61,042 nucleotides of DNA from Tortispora ganteri (GCA_003707115.1 PPNB01000035.1:1-61042), one strand, 5' to 3'. Positions 1 through 10,328 are shown, counted from the stretch's first letter. Notes: a model not told the origin generated them from the letters alone. A program made the numbers and translations.

Positions 1-53
1 TCTACAATTTACAATCATAACATACAATCATAATATACATATCGTAACTGCTA

Positions 54-639
54 TTACATCCATTGATTCTTATCCCATTGTGGGTCTTGGATGAATGCAC
101 AAAGCACTTTAGACCCCGTTTGAAGTAAAGGGTGTCCAGCCACACTATCAATTAGTAGATGTCTATCACAACAAAATATCAAATACTTACGTTTGCAAAA
201 ACCTTTCGAGTCCATCTCGTCGATGTTCAATTACATCGTCTGAGAATCGATTGGTAAACACTTTCCCAGGTAACGGCGGGATAGTCACGCGGAACGATTC
301 ACGTTCAAGGATATCACGAAAATGTTCAAAATCAGAGTACCTACGTCTCACAGTCGAATTTCTTAATTTAAATGCCGGAATATTTGTCTTGCATACTATT
401 TCGTAATCAGTATACATTTTTCGGCCAATCCCATGTGTTTTAGGGTCACGTACCTTTGTTTATTGTTAGTTCCTTGTCAAACCTCATCCATTGTTACTCC
501 TACTTACTTCTATCTCTAGGAAATTCTCCGGTTCACCATAAATCTCTTCAAATGTCTGTTGTTTAATCTCTGGCCGAATCTCAAACCCTCGCGTCCCAAG
601 CATAGATCCTTTTAAGAATCGCTTGTCTTCCTGGCTCAT
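54..639 (-). CDS. SNX3: Sorting nexin 3 (PX domain); 3 exons: 639-508, 453-191, 144-54
   Basis: Spliced protein reads [37 protein letters not shown]...[18 protein letters not shown]...[21 protein letters not shown]...[14 protein letters not shown]. Introns 507-454 (GTAAGT..ACTAAC..AAG) and 190-145 (GTAAGT..ACTAAT..TAG) restore the frame. Confidence 0.95.
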
Positions 640-767
640 ATTGTTTCCTTGAAAATGGTCAAGTAAAAAGCTTGAAGCTTGGGGCACACTTTCTTCTTAT
701 TGGTCACTTCCCATCTTCGACTCCTTAAACTCAATACCCACCTTATTTGTCTTCTCACCTATAAACA

Positions 768-2936
768 ATGGCTGAATCTTGGCCTAATCAATTCATATCT
801 TCTCATAAAATTGTCCTTCTTCTCCTTTTAGATATTTACATTTATGATTCTGAAAATTTTAATAATCATATTCCTACATTCCTTCGTTTCGTCTTATCTT
901 ACCTTCGCGCCCCCTATCACCATGATTTCAACTGGTTCATGCTCCAGTTAGCTCATATTGACCCAGAAAATACCATTACAAACTTACTTCTTGATCGAAT
1001 AACTCAAATATCATCTCTTGACCTTCTCTGCTCCTTCCTTGAAGATGCTGAGATTTATATCACCCCAAATCATGAATCTAATCAATACCTCATTCACCCA
1101 GAATCCCCAGCAGGCCGTTTTGTTCGTGCAATGTTCCTTGATTTCTCATCTATGCCTTTTGAATCCCTCTCAGATATTTGGATTTCATTTACTGGTTTCG
1201 TCGGTCGTGACCCACTCGCAGGCGCCGACGACTTCGCCCATCTCCTCTCTGACCCCACCGTACATGCAATTATAGCCGAAAATCACAAACAACTCGCTCC
1301 ACTCTACGATATATCCCTCCTTATAGACGCTCAGGTCGCCACCCTTACATCACCATTTATTAATTTGTCTTCAAAATCCGCACAAACATCCTCCCCCGCT
1401 GACCCGCACATTCTTGCAGACTTACTCCATAACGTATTCACAAAAGCCGCTCATACCCCTCCGCTTGTACACTATGCAGATTTCCTGCTCGCACGTAGAG
1501 AAGGAGACTACTCAAAATCTTTCGAACGGCTCCGCACTTACTTTGATTACTCCTCAGAGGGCAAGCACGACAATAATCTCGTCTACCCTTATGCTCTACT
1601 CAGTCTCGCTGTGCTCCAGACAGAATTCGCCTGCTTCCCGGAAGCTTTCAAGGCCATCAATGAAGCTATAAGCGCCGCAAGAGAAAGTCAGGACTTGTTT
1701 TGCTTAAACTACGCTCTATCATTCTTAGTCTCTTTCCAGCACAACTACCCGGAACACTCAAAACCTTTCCCCGTTGAGCTCTCCGAAGACCAGATGCTGA
1801 ACTTCATGAAATCAAATACTTCTGAGCTCCACGCTTCAGATTTTAAGTCTCTGGCTTACCTCACAGACGTCAAAATATCAGCACAACAAGCAGCCCCCTT
1901 CTCCTCTGTCTTCGAAGCCTTAACTAAAGCTCTCGCTACTCCTGCAACTAATGACCACCAACAAATGCAATATGTCATTAAATCAACATACTGGCAACGT
2001 CTTGGGTACCCTGCGCTAGCTCTGCTATCTATTAAAGCGTTCCAAAACCTACTACCTTTGCAGCAGTCTGCTGAAGAGTTCGTTAGTGTCTGCTCATGGA
2101 GTAGCCTCTACTACGTATACGCCGGTCACTACGATCGCGCGATTGAACACATCCAGCAGCTCAAATCAATGAACCGCCCTTCTCTGAGATCTGACCAAAC
2201 ATTAAAATACCTCGAAGATCTTATCATGCTGATTAAATATACTCAGACGAGCAAATATGAGCAGGCATCTGTCCACAAACAGCGACTAGAGCAAATGAAC
2301 TGCTTTAATTGTGATCTCCATTTTGAAGCAGTTATAGCATCTCTAGAGCTTGAATTATGTCTTGGTAACTATTCTGTTGTTACCAACTATGTGCACAACC
2401 GCCTACCCAATTTGCTAGAGATCCATGACGATGTTTATCACCAATTACGACTTATGACTTTGTACGCTAAAGCTATGATTCAAGCTGGTACACCCCATCG
2501 TGCCTTGTCAATTTCTATTCGTGTGATAATTAGCGGACAGCGAAGCGGGCTAATGGCAGTAATGCTTGAAGGCGTTTGCTTGCTGGCCGAGATATTGGTA
2601 TGTGTGAATTATCCTCAGGACGCTCTGATTCTCCTTGATGAAACTATGCCGCGCTTTTATCAGATTAACTATGTGTCCTTAACAGCTAAGGCTCTGGCAG
2701 TAATGAGCGATGCCATGTTTGCAATGCTGGATGATGTACAGGATGTTCAGTTTGCACGCCGTTGTCTGAAATTTGTCGAGCAAAGCCGAGCGCTGTACCA
2801 AAGGATCGGAAACTGCCTGGAAGTGAAGAAAGCACTGGCTAAGACGGTACCTCTTCACAGTATACTTAACGATGCTAAAAAACGAGAAGAAACTCTACGA
2901 CTAATTACTGCATCTTGTGAATCTTTGAAAATATGA
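768..2936 (+). CDS. APC5: Anaphase-promoting complex subunit 5 (TPR)
   Basis: Apc5-type segment GDYSKSFERLRTYFDY...YALLSLAVLQTEF...AINEAISAARESQDLFCLNYAL; helical TPR-like C-half. Confidence 0.85.
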   Translation: MAESWPNQFISSHKIVLLLLLDIYIYDSENFNNHIPTFLRFVLSYLRAPYHHDFNWFMLQLAHIDPENTITNLLLDRITQISSLDLLCSFLEDAEIYITPNHESNQYLIHPESPAGRFVRAMFLDFSSMPFESLSDIWISFTGFVGRDPLAGADDFAHLLSDPTVHAIIAENHKQLAPLYDISLLIDAQVATLTSPFINLSSKSAQTSSPADPHILADLLHNVFTKAAHTPPLVHYADFLLARREGDYSKSFERLRTYFDYSSEGKHDNNLVYPYALLSLAVLQTEFACFPEAFKAINEAISAARESQDLFCLNYALSFLVSFQHNYPEHSKPFPVELSEDQMLNFMKSNTSELHASDFKSLAYLTDVKISAQQAAPFSSVFEALTKALATPATNDHQQMQYVIKSTYWQRLGYPALALLSIKAFQNLLPLQQSAEEFVSVCSWSSLYYVYAGHYDRAIEHIQQLKSMNRPSLRSDQTLKYLEDLIMLIKYTQTSKYEQASVHKQRLEQMNCFNCDLHFEAVIASLELELCLGNYSVVTNYVHNRLPNLLEIHDDVYHQLRLMTLYAKAMIQAGTPHRALSISIRVIISGQRSGLMAVMLEGVCLLAEILVCVNYPQDALILLDETMPRFYQINYVSLTAKALAVMSDAMFAMLDDVQDVQFARRCLKFVEQSRALYQRIGNCLEVKKALAKTVPLHSILNDAKKREETLRLITASCESLKI

Positions 2937-3066
2937 TGCGATGAAAATGATATATACATTAAGGAACATTATTTTCTGTCATTGAGGGCAGTAAATGGTC
3001 TGATTATTCTCTCCGCATATTTGTTTTCTTTGAAAAGTCGATTATTAGCTTTATTTGCATTAAGGA

Positions 3067-4083
3067 TCATCCGAAAGTTTTCATTATGAGGTCCCATGTG
3101 CCGAACATTATGATGCTGTTAGGCACAGTTCTCATTAGATGTGGAGTCAAGCCTCCATATAGGCTGACGAACCCTTCTTCGCGCCATACGAGCTTGAAAC
3201 ACTGTATGAGGCCTGTATATTTTGGTTGGCCTTGTATTAACGGTTTTTGCCTTAAACGAGTGCGAAGTACTTCATGTGGATATGTGAGTATTGAAGCGAC
3301 AACTTTTGCTAAACCGGCTGCACCTGATTTGGCTGCCCATCCTAAGAATTTGTCTGTTGTTGTTATTTCCAGACCTCTGGCTTGTCTTGACTGTTCTTTT
3401 TCAGTGACAAAAGTTTTCATGCGTTCGTATAGAATCCATTGCAACGTGCTTTCGACAACGCCTAGATAGGACGCGGTAAGCCCGCTGTACAGACCCTTTA
3501 TACCTTCATTTCTCATTACTTGGAGTGTGCAATCGAGCGAGTTCTTGTACTGTCGTTTTGCGTGAGCGGACTCGGCGTTTTCTTTGTCGAGCTGGAGCCG
3601 CGTTTTGATAAGCCATATGGGGTTAGTCGCAGTTGAGGTTGCGATACCTGCAGTTGCGGCTGACAGCAGATGGTTATAAGAAGATTCAGATGAAACACCA
3701 AATTTTTCCTCGAAAAGAGTCTTGCCGTTACTGTAACAATAAAAATTTATTGCTCTTGCAGGGATCACGCCCACGAGGTTAGGACCGAGTCCCTTGAAGA
3801 GTGCCTTGGGGCCTTCTATGGTGTAAACTTCTGTGATTATTCTGCATGTGTCGATGATGTGGCTGCCTGCCTGAGCGAAAGGCCTGGCTAGACCACGGTA
3901 GGTAGTGGCAGCTCGATGTCGGTCGATGTACATGTCCGATTGGAGTCGTGTTTTTACGACATCGAAGGGCGCTGTGACGACCGCACCGGCCATGCCGCCA
4001 ATACCGCCCGCAACAAAATGCAGCCATGTCCTGTTTGTTTTTTCGACGGAATTTTGATCCGCAACAGGTTTCACAGTGGCCAT
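3067..4083 (-). CDS. RIM2: Mitochondrial carrier, pyrimidine nucleotide transporter
   Basis: Three PxDxxK/R carrier motifs (PFDVVKTRLQ, PIWLIKTRLQ, PHEVLRTRLRQ) and the Rim2-typical GLGPNLVGVIPARAINF. Confidence 0.93.
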   Translation of the reverse strand: MATVKPVADQNSVEKTNRTWLHFVAGGIGGMAGAVVTAPFDVVKTRLQSDMYIDRHRAATTYRGLARPFAQAGSHIIDTCRIITEVYTIEGPKALFKGLGPNLVGVIPARAINFYCYSNGKTLFEEKFGVSSESSYNHLLSAATAGIATSTATNPIWLIKTRLQLDKENAESAHAKRQYKNSLDCTLQVMRNEGIKGLYSGLTASYLGVVESTLQWILYERMKTFVTEKEQSRQARGLEITTTDKFLGWAAKSGAAGLAKVVASILTYPHEVLRTRLRQKPLIQGQPKYTGLIQCFKLVWREEGFVSLYGGLTPHLMRTVPNSIIMFGTWDLIMKTFG

Positions 4084-4322
4084 CTTTGTTTAGATCTCGT
4101 CTAGGCTGGACGGTAACGAGGAAGGTAAAAACTGCGATCTGGGATAGGGATAGTATTCTCTCGGTGGCAGGAACGATGGCATATTGTCATTTTTAACAAC
4201 GAAAAACCGGTTATTTTTTGGTCTTTAGTTTTTCGAAATACGATATTTAATATTCTCTCTGGTTATGACGCTATATGTTCGTGAGCGTTGATAGCTGCGT
4301 AGCGCCGACAGACTAACGGGCT

Positions 4323-4366
4323 AGCCAGCGGGCAGCCAGCAGCCAGTCAGCAGCCAGTCAGCAGCC
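4323..4366. repeat. Short tandem repeat, unit CAGCAGCCAGT (about 3 copies plus partial units)
   Basis: agccagcgggcagc-cagcagccagt-cagcagccagt-cagcagcc between RIM2 and RPL21. Confidence 0.8.
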
Positions 4367-4494
4367 CTGATTCGATATTTTACTGCATTTTTAACACCTT
4401 TTGGTAAACTACATTCTCAGTTACAACTATACGTCACGCGAAGTTTCAAACCGCATGTGACCCTATTGGAAGTAGGAAGATCATTCATAGACAT

Positions 4495-4974
4495 CTAAAT
4501 GTAAGTCTCGTAAGGAATAGGGGCGACCAATTCGGGTTGCTCAGAGAGTGTAACAGTATGAGCTTCACGGGGGAGAATAGGGGTTCTCTTGAGAAGAACA
4601 GTCTCACCAGCAGCCTTAGCAGCTTTGCGCTTCTCAGCATTTTCCTTAACACGTTTGACGAACTCTTCACGACACTTTGAGTGTTTGATGTGTTCAACAC
4701 GGACAGAGATACGCTTCTCGATGTATCGGTTGCGGACTTGTTTATGAACAATAACACCAACAGAAGTTTTAGTGACATTAAAAACAACGCCGGTCTTTCC
4801 GTGATAGAACTTGTGGGGCATACCTTTGTGAATAGAACCGTTGACTTTGATGTCGACAATGTCTCCGACCTTATAAGTCTTCAAGTAGGTAGAAAGGGGT
4901 AGACCACCATGTTTGCGGAAATCCCGAGCAAACATGTATCGGGTTCCCGATCGATAACCGTGGGTATGTGCCAT
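4495..4974 (-). CDS. RPL21: 60S ribosomal protein L21 (eL21), no intron in CDS
   Basis: [18 protein letters not shown]...[29 protein letters not shown]...PYETYI. Confidence 0.99.
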   Translation of the reverse strand: MAHTHGYRSGTRYMFARDFRKHGGLPLSTYLKTYKVGDIVDIKVNGSIHKGMPHKFYHGKTGVVFNVTKTSVGVIVHKQVRNRYIEKRISVRVEHIKHSKCREEFVKRVKENAEKRKAAKAAGETVLLKRTPILPREAHTVTLSEQPELVAPIPYETYI

Positions 4975-5069
4975 TGTGTTTTGTTATTTAATGGTGCTTG
5001 CCTGGTAAAGCAGATACTAGTATTGCGGTCAATGGGTGTTGTGCGTTATTTGGAACTTGGGAGGATCAT

Positions 5070-5116
5070 TGTGACTGTTTTAGAGTAGTTGTTATAACAA
5101 CGAACTTAAACCCTAA
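5070..5116. promoter_or_regulatory. Homol-D box (TGTGACTG, 5070-5077) and telobox AAACCCTAA (5108-5116) upstream of RPL21
   Basis: Exact motif matches; similar motifs recur at RPS9 and RPS29. Confidence 0.65.
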
Positions 5117-5180
5117 TTGTGCCCTTTCTGCCTCGTTATTGTCCCATCGCCTTGCAGTAGAGGTCAATTTTGCGCCAGAA

Positions 5181-5957
5181 ATGCCAGAAGATCATGGTCG
5201 CAGGAAGGCCGATAGGGATTTGGATAATCCAAACTTACCACAATATGTGGCTAAGACCCCTTGGTACATGGGGGAGGCACCGATTAGCACGGAAGTTGCG
5301 GAAGTAGAACGGTCTAACCTGGAAGCGACCTTAAAAAGGCGGCTTGTAGAAGATGCACCTAAGAAGTTCAAAAAAGGCGCTTGTGAAAACTGTGGCGCTA
5401 CTAATCACAAGACAAAGGACTGTCTGGAACGTCCACGGAAGGTGAGCGCGAAATACAGCAAGAAGTTTAGCAAGAATGAAGAGATCAAGACCAGTGTAGC
5501 AAGCTATGACGCTAAACGCGATCGATGGAACGACTACGACTCAAACGATTACGAGAAGGTGCTGAAAGAATATAATCCTGACGAGAAAATTAATATACAG
5601 AAAGATTCGGAAGTTTTGAAACCCGGGACGTATGCGCGCACGCTGCGGGAAAGACACGATATTGCTGCATACCTACGAAAGGATACTGTTGGACGGTATA
5701 ATCCGAAGACACGGACGTTGAAGGAGGAAGTGGCAATTGGACAGCGTGATTTGAATGCTGATTTTGAAAAGTCAGACGATGTGGAAGCAGAAGTTGTTAA
5801 GAAGCGGCTGGCGTGGAAGACGAATAAGAGCAATACTAAGAGCGATACTTGTTCGATGGCCGCTGTTGCGGCTCCTACTGAGCAAGCATTGCTGCGCAAG
5901 CGAGAAAAGGAAACAAAGAACCAGACAGGAAATTACTTAGAAGAACGATATGGATGA
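5181..5957 (+). CDS. SLU7: Pre-mRNA splicing factor Slu7 (short form)
   Basis: NPNLPQYVAKTPWY, zinc knuckle KKGACENCGATNHKTKDCLERPRK, SYDAKRDRWNDYD, LRERHDIAAYL. First ATG is at 5181. Confidence 0.92.
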   Translation: MPEDHGRRKADRDLDNPNLPQYVAKTPWYMGEAPISTEVAEVERSNLEATLKRRLVEDAPKKFKKGACENCGATNHKTKDCLERPRKVSAKYSKKFSKNEEIKTSVASYDAKRDRWNDYDSNDYEKVLKEYNPDEKINIQKDSEVLKPGTYARTLRERHDIAAYLRKDTVGRYNPKTRTLKEEVAIGQRDLNADFEKSDDVEAEVVKKRLAWKTNKSNTKSDTCSMAAVAAPTEQALLRKREKETKNQTGNYLEERYG

Positions 5958-6109
5958 ACTAATTAGAAATAGTTACGAATGATTACGATAGAAAAGTATA
6001 GTAGAGACGTTGATTTAGTAGATCATTCTGGTGTTCATTAAAGACTGGCAAGCTAGCCTTTTAGGAAACATATAGTGGTGTAGTGGGATCGAAGGAGAAA
6101 TCGAAGCAA

Positions 6110-6697
6110 TTACTCTTCCTCTTCTTCCTCTTCACCGTCATCAGCAGCACCACTGCTAGCAGCAGCGTTTTTGCGGCGTTTTACGCGGCCGGGACGTCCA
6201 CCACCGAAGGGAGAAGTGAGAGCAAAGTCAATATGCTTTTGAGAGTCAAGACGGACCATGAAAGAAGGAACATTGACAAGCTGCTTTCCGACACGGATGT
6301 GACGTTGACGGATAAGAACACGAGCGTGATGGATAGATCTTGCGAGGCCGAGTTTGAAAACTTGAGTCTGGAGACGTCTTTCCAAGAAGTCCTCGATACG
6401 CAGGGCCAACACGTAATCGAGTTTCATGCGGTCTTCTGAAAGAACACCGACACGTACAAGACGGCGAATAAGGGCGTTACCTTCGAACAGACGTTTCTCG
6501 TCTTTCTCGTCACGAGTCAAAAGGTCACGGGCTGCACGGCGGATCTTAGAGAGCTGAAGACCAATACGGTATAGTTCACGCTTGTTGCGAAGACCGTATT
6601 CACCTACAAGTTTGAGTTCGGCATCAAGTCTGGCGGCGTCATAGGGACGCTTAGGAACCGAGTAGGTCTTTGAATAGTTTCGTGGAGCACTAGGCAT
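6110..6697 (-). CDS. RPS9: 40S ribosomal protein S9 (uS4), no intron in CDS
   Basis: [15 protein letters not shown]...[37 protein letters not shown]. Confidence 0.99.
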   Translation of the reverse strand: MPSAPRNYSKTYSVPKRPYDAARLDAELKLVGEYGLRNKRELYRIGLQLSKIRRAARDLLTRDEKDEKRLFEGNALIRRLVRVGVLSEDRMKLDYVLALRIEDFLERRLQTQVFKLGLARSIHHARVLIRQRHIRVGKQLVNVPSFMVRLDSQKHIDFALTSPFGGGRPGRVKRRKNAAASSGAADDGEEEEEEE

Positions 6698-6765
6698 GTT
6701 GACGAAGGTGGTAGTGAATCAGTCGCTGATGGGTTGAGTTATCGGGAGTTGCGTTAACAATGTCA

Positions 6766-6814
6766 CAGTCACGTTTTCCCTGGCAACAGATTTTTTTACC
6801 CTATGAAACCCTAA
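6766..6814. promoter_or_regulatory. Homol-D-like CAGTCACG and two telobox-like ACCCTA sites upstream of RPS9
   Basis: cagtcacgtttt at 6766, accctat at 6798, aaaccctaa at 6806. Confidence 0.6.
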
Positions 6815-6836
6815 ACACAGTAGCAAAAGTGGTCAG

Positions 6837-6858
6837 CGGTTAACGGTTAACGGTTAAC
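6837..6858. repeat. (CGGTTAA)x3 tandem repeat
   Basis: cggttaacggttaacggttaac. Confidence 0.85.
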
Positions 6859-7188
6859 AACTTACTGGTGAATAAAGATAGTCGTATATAATAGTTAAAT
6901 GTATTTTGAGTGTTTTTGTATGTATGTAAGCTATATTTATTGAGAACATTAAGTGTGGAGTGGGAGGTAGCGGCGAATGTGTGGTCGATCGGGGGGTACT
7001 ACGACAAGAGAAGAACTAATAAAATATTAAGAAAAGAACAAGAAGGTCTTGGGAAACTTAGAATCAATAGTACAATAAAAATATACAGCTACAATTATAC
7101 ATTAAATGGTCGTATATAAGCGGTAGCAGTAGTAAAGGCAAAAATGAGTTGTCTAGTAAACTGTCTAACGAGCGGTCTATCGAGCAGT

Positions 7189-7506
7189 TTAAGTGATGAG
7201 CTGCCTAATTGGAATATGGATCTATTCTGTTAGCGGAGGTGGCCAAAGAAACATATAAAAAATACTTACAAGCTTGATAATGAAACCGATTAATCCAATA
7301 ACAATGAATCCGACGGTTATCATGCGGAATGTCTGTTTGTATTCTATGTAAAGGTTAGTGAAAGCTAAGAGATATTTGCAGTAGGGCAAGGCCGCTAACA
7401 AGTAATAAATACCTTTCTCATCGGGTTTTTTACATCGACGAATAAAATTATTGCCATCTTTGATAATAGATTGAGTTTGTTCAACGATTTCTTTAATTTC
7501 TGGCAT
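7189..7506 (-). CDS. SSS1: Sec61 translocon gamma subunit; 3 exons: 7506-7413, 7343-7270, 7221-7189
   Basis: Spliced protein MPEIKEIVEQTQSIIKDGNNFIRRCKKPDEKEYKQTFRMITVGFIVIGLIGFIIKLIHIPIRQLIT. Introns 7412-7344 and 7269-7222 have branch points ACTAAC and GCTAAC and TAG acceptors. Confidence 0.95.
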
Positions 7507-7717
7507 GGCTATAAAGAAGGGTGTTGGTGAATTGTAAAGGACACTTCTCTAACTAGACCCACCCTTGGGAGATGTTAGGAGAAGTCTTCTGCAGGGTATG
7601 ACAGCAGAGACCATAAAAAAAAAGACCATTAAATGATCTTATGATAATGTTTTGACAATTTGTTTATATAATATCGTAATATCGACCCAGATAATCATAG
7701 CTTGATATCAATTATCG

Positions 7718-8440
7718 CTAATCAAATCCCGCCCATTCGTCCTCGGACTCAGACTCAATGGGCGTGTATAGTCCCCATTCAACTAGTCGTTTATCGTTTT
7801 TCACGTCATCATCGAATTTACGCCGCAGTACCTTATTTCGGCAATCTGCAACTTCTATAAACGGCTGTGAAATAATTTCCAGTGCCGTCTTAATGGTTTC
7901 GCGGTCTGTGTCGCCGATAATTGACTCTAGCTCGTCAAGGTAGATATCGAGCAGGTGCAACCGAATCCCGTTTGGTGCACTATTCGAGTCTAATGCAAAC
8001 GCATGAACTCGCAATAGATCAGCAATCTGTTCGGCACTTTCACTTGTCCAGTGATTTCGTGCTACCTTCTTGAACATCGCATTCAATGTCCGTCGGATCA
8101 AGTACAGATACTTGTCTAGCCGATGACGGTCTAGCCTCGACCATTCCGCTCCATGTACTTTCCAGAAAGAAACCACAAACTGACTAAAGTTCTTATCATT
8201 AACAATCAGAAAAAGATTTGCCATGCGATCTGCCAACTCGTACTGGTACTTCGGACGATCTGCTAAATACATAGCATAGTACAAACCTTTCCACAGTTTG
8301 TCCGTTTCTTTCTGTTGCAGCACTTTCTGCCCACTCAAATACTTCTCCAACACATCTATAGCGCTGTCACGTGTACTACGATCAACTGATGCAAGTTTAC
8401 GTACAAAAGGATACTTTTTTGTACCGTCTACTGTCGTCAT
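7718..8440 (-). CDS. RRP1: Ribosomal RNA processing protein 1 (Nop52 family)
   Basis: FVRKLASVDRSTRD, KLWKGLYYAMYLADRP, EWSRLDRHRLDKYLYLIRR, PNGIRLHLLDIYLDEL. Confidence 0.93.
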   Translation of the reverse strand: MTTVDGTKKYPFVRKLASVDRSTRDSAIDVLEKYLSGQKVLQQKETDKLWKGLYYAMYLADRPKYQYELADRMANLFLIVNDKNFSQFVVSFWKVHGAEWSRLDRHRLDKYLYLIRRTLNAMFKKVARNHWTSESAEQIADLLRVHAFALDSNSAPNGIRLHLLDIYLDELESIIGDTDRETIKTALEIISQPFIEVADCRNKVLRRKFDDDVKNDKRLVEWGLYTPIESESEDEWAGFD

Positions 8441-8543
8441 TTACGTCTATCGAAAAAATTGACTTGGCTGTTCCCAGGTCTTTGGGACTTCCAACTCCAC
8501 CAGCCAATCACAGACTTTATCTTCTCATTTAACTGACCTGCAA

Positions 8544-9860
8544 ATGATAGACGTCTTGCTGCATGTATTTCGTTTAGTAGATAGACCACAGTTCAATGTA
8601 TTCTATGATCCTACTACGTTATCAGTTGTTACACGTTTTAAAACCTCAAAAGCTCCTCCACACCGTGATCTCGCACTTTGCGATCCCATCACTTACGCCT
8701 CTCTACGTCTACATTTCCATGATGGATCATCTGCATTATTAACGTCTACCTCTGATATCATCTCGTATGAGAACATCTCTAGTTGCGAGTTTGTACTTTC
8801 AAACTTTTTCTACAATAATCCTGCCCGGAGACCGTCTAGTAGACGTCTGCAAGCGGAATTGCGGTCTGCGCTCCTGATCCATTCTTTAATCGTCCCTGGG
8901 GGCACGTTTGAGCTCACTGTTGCTAAATCACGCGCTGTAGTTTTTGGTGGATCTTCACCAGAACACTGTTTGGCACGGTTTTCAAAATCTCAAGTTACAA
9001 GAACAAACAGAATCGTCAACGGTAATTCAACTGACCTTTACATAGCGCAGCTGAACGGCCCCCAGTTGATCGCTATCTTGAAATCCCGGAAATACATACA
9101 GCTTCCCCGTTCAATTTTAGCAAAACTAAGAAAACTTTTTGTCGGTCAGTCCCTAGTGGTTCAGCTTGCCCAGGATACGTCAATCTCTGACTTCCTCAAC
9201 AGTTTGCTTATGACTCCAACGTATATAGACGCTCGCTCTACCACCAACTTAGCAATCAGTTCAGATTCCCGAATAATTGGCCAATTTGCTGATTGCACTG
9301 TGTTAGTGAAATCTGCAAATAATTTAATTGCTCTTGATCAGCATGCCGCGAGCGAAAGAGTTAACCTGGAGTATTTAATCTCACAATACTTCTCATTTTC
9401 TTCTGTCACTCCTTCTTGTCATATATCTGCATACCTAGACTGCTGTGATAGAATGCTTCTACTTGAATACTTGCCTCAGATACAAATATGGGGTTTCACA
9501 CTTTGCATACACCATAGGCGGGTTGAAGTCATTCTTATACCATCCTTCTATGAACGTTATGGTTTGTCTACTAAATCACTTATCGCCGATCTGCTGTCCT
9601 ACTGCACACAACTACTCAACCAAGAAGTTTCTACAATTGAGTCTCTACCGACATCTATTCTTTTATTTATTAAACAGTGTCCTCGGTTTCTCTACAATGC
9701 ACTAGCTACAGTCAGTTGCCATAGAGCACTCAAGTTCGGCGATACCATTACAAGACACGACATGAACACCCTGTGGTCATCGTTAAACGGCTGTGCAATA
9801 CGTTTTCATTGTGCCCACGGCAGACCTACAATCGTACCAATCACTTCAACGTCAATCTGA
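8544..9860 (+). CDS. MLH3: MutL homolog, Mlh3-like, with degenerate N-terminal ATPase domain
   Basis: Endonuclease motif DQHAASERVNLE (DQHAx2Ex4E), SCHRALKFGD, and C-terminal FHCAHGRPTIVP. Confidence 0.8.
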   Translation: MIDVLLHVFRLVDRPQFNVFYDPTTLSVVTRFKTSKAPPHRDLALCDPITYASLRLHFHDGSSALLTSTSDIISYENISSCEFVLSNFFYNNPARRPSSRRLQAELRSALLIHSLIVPGGTFELTVAKSRAVVFGGSSPEHCLARFSKSQVTRTNRIVNGNSTDLYIAQLNGPQLIAILKSRKYIQLPRSILAKLRKLFVGQSLVVQLAQDTSISDFLNSLLMTPTYIDARSTTNLAISSDSRIIGQFADCTVLVKSANNLIALDQHAASERVNLEYLISQYFSFSSVTPSCHISAYLDCCDRMLLLEYLPQIQIWGFTLCIHHRRVEVILIPSFYERYGLSTKSLIADLLSYCTQLLNQEVSTIESLPTSILLFIKQCPRFLYNALATVSCHRALKFGDTITRHDMNTLWSSLNGCAIRFHCAHGRPTIVPITSTSI

Positions 9861-10114
9861 ATAAAACTTATTGGGTTTGCGTGTTTTCAAATGGCTCCCC
9901 TGTCTGTATTCTCAGCCAAACAACTCCAAGAGATCAAGCGATTGTTGTAATTCTTCGATCGCAATAGATCACTGAAACGGCTTTCATTCTATATTGCAAT
10001 TCTATAACCTTTCATTTAATGTCATGAACCTTCTTATTATTACGATGATTGCCTAAAATGGATAAACAATTTCCTTCAAATTAAAGTTTGGTTGTCAAGA
10101 CAACCAAAAGATCG

Positions 10115-10123
10115 ATCTGATAA
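10115..10123 (+). promoter_or_regulatory. Iron-responsive GATA repressor site ATCTGATAA (SreA/Fep1/Sfu1 type)
   Basis: Exact ATCWGATAA match about 210 bp upstream of a siderophore transporter gene. Confidence 0.65.
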
Positions 10124-10328
10124 CAACCCGAGGTCAGAAAATCAGACTATTATTGTTACTAGTACCACTACTATTAGTTTAAACTAAAAAAAAAGGATCT
10201 TCTGATTTCTTTTGTGCTGTGTTTTATTGCGTGTTTCATGCTGTGGTTTGAAATAAACGATTAGTGTTGTTGCTTTTTGTTGTTATTAAGAGAATAAAGT
10301 ACCGGAAGGCGATCAACAAACTGCGGTA

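Noticed and set aside
4998..5180. ORF-track N-terminal extensions from TTG/GTG starts (SLU7, DLD1, RAD26, CTR9, EDC3, NTH1, MCCB, TYW2)
   Set aside because: Eukaryotic locus; the extensions run through promoter sequence and similarity starts at the first ATG.
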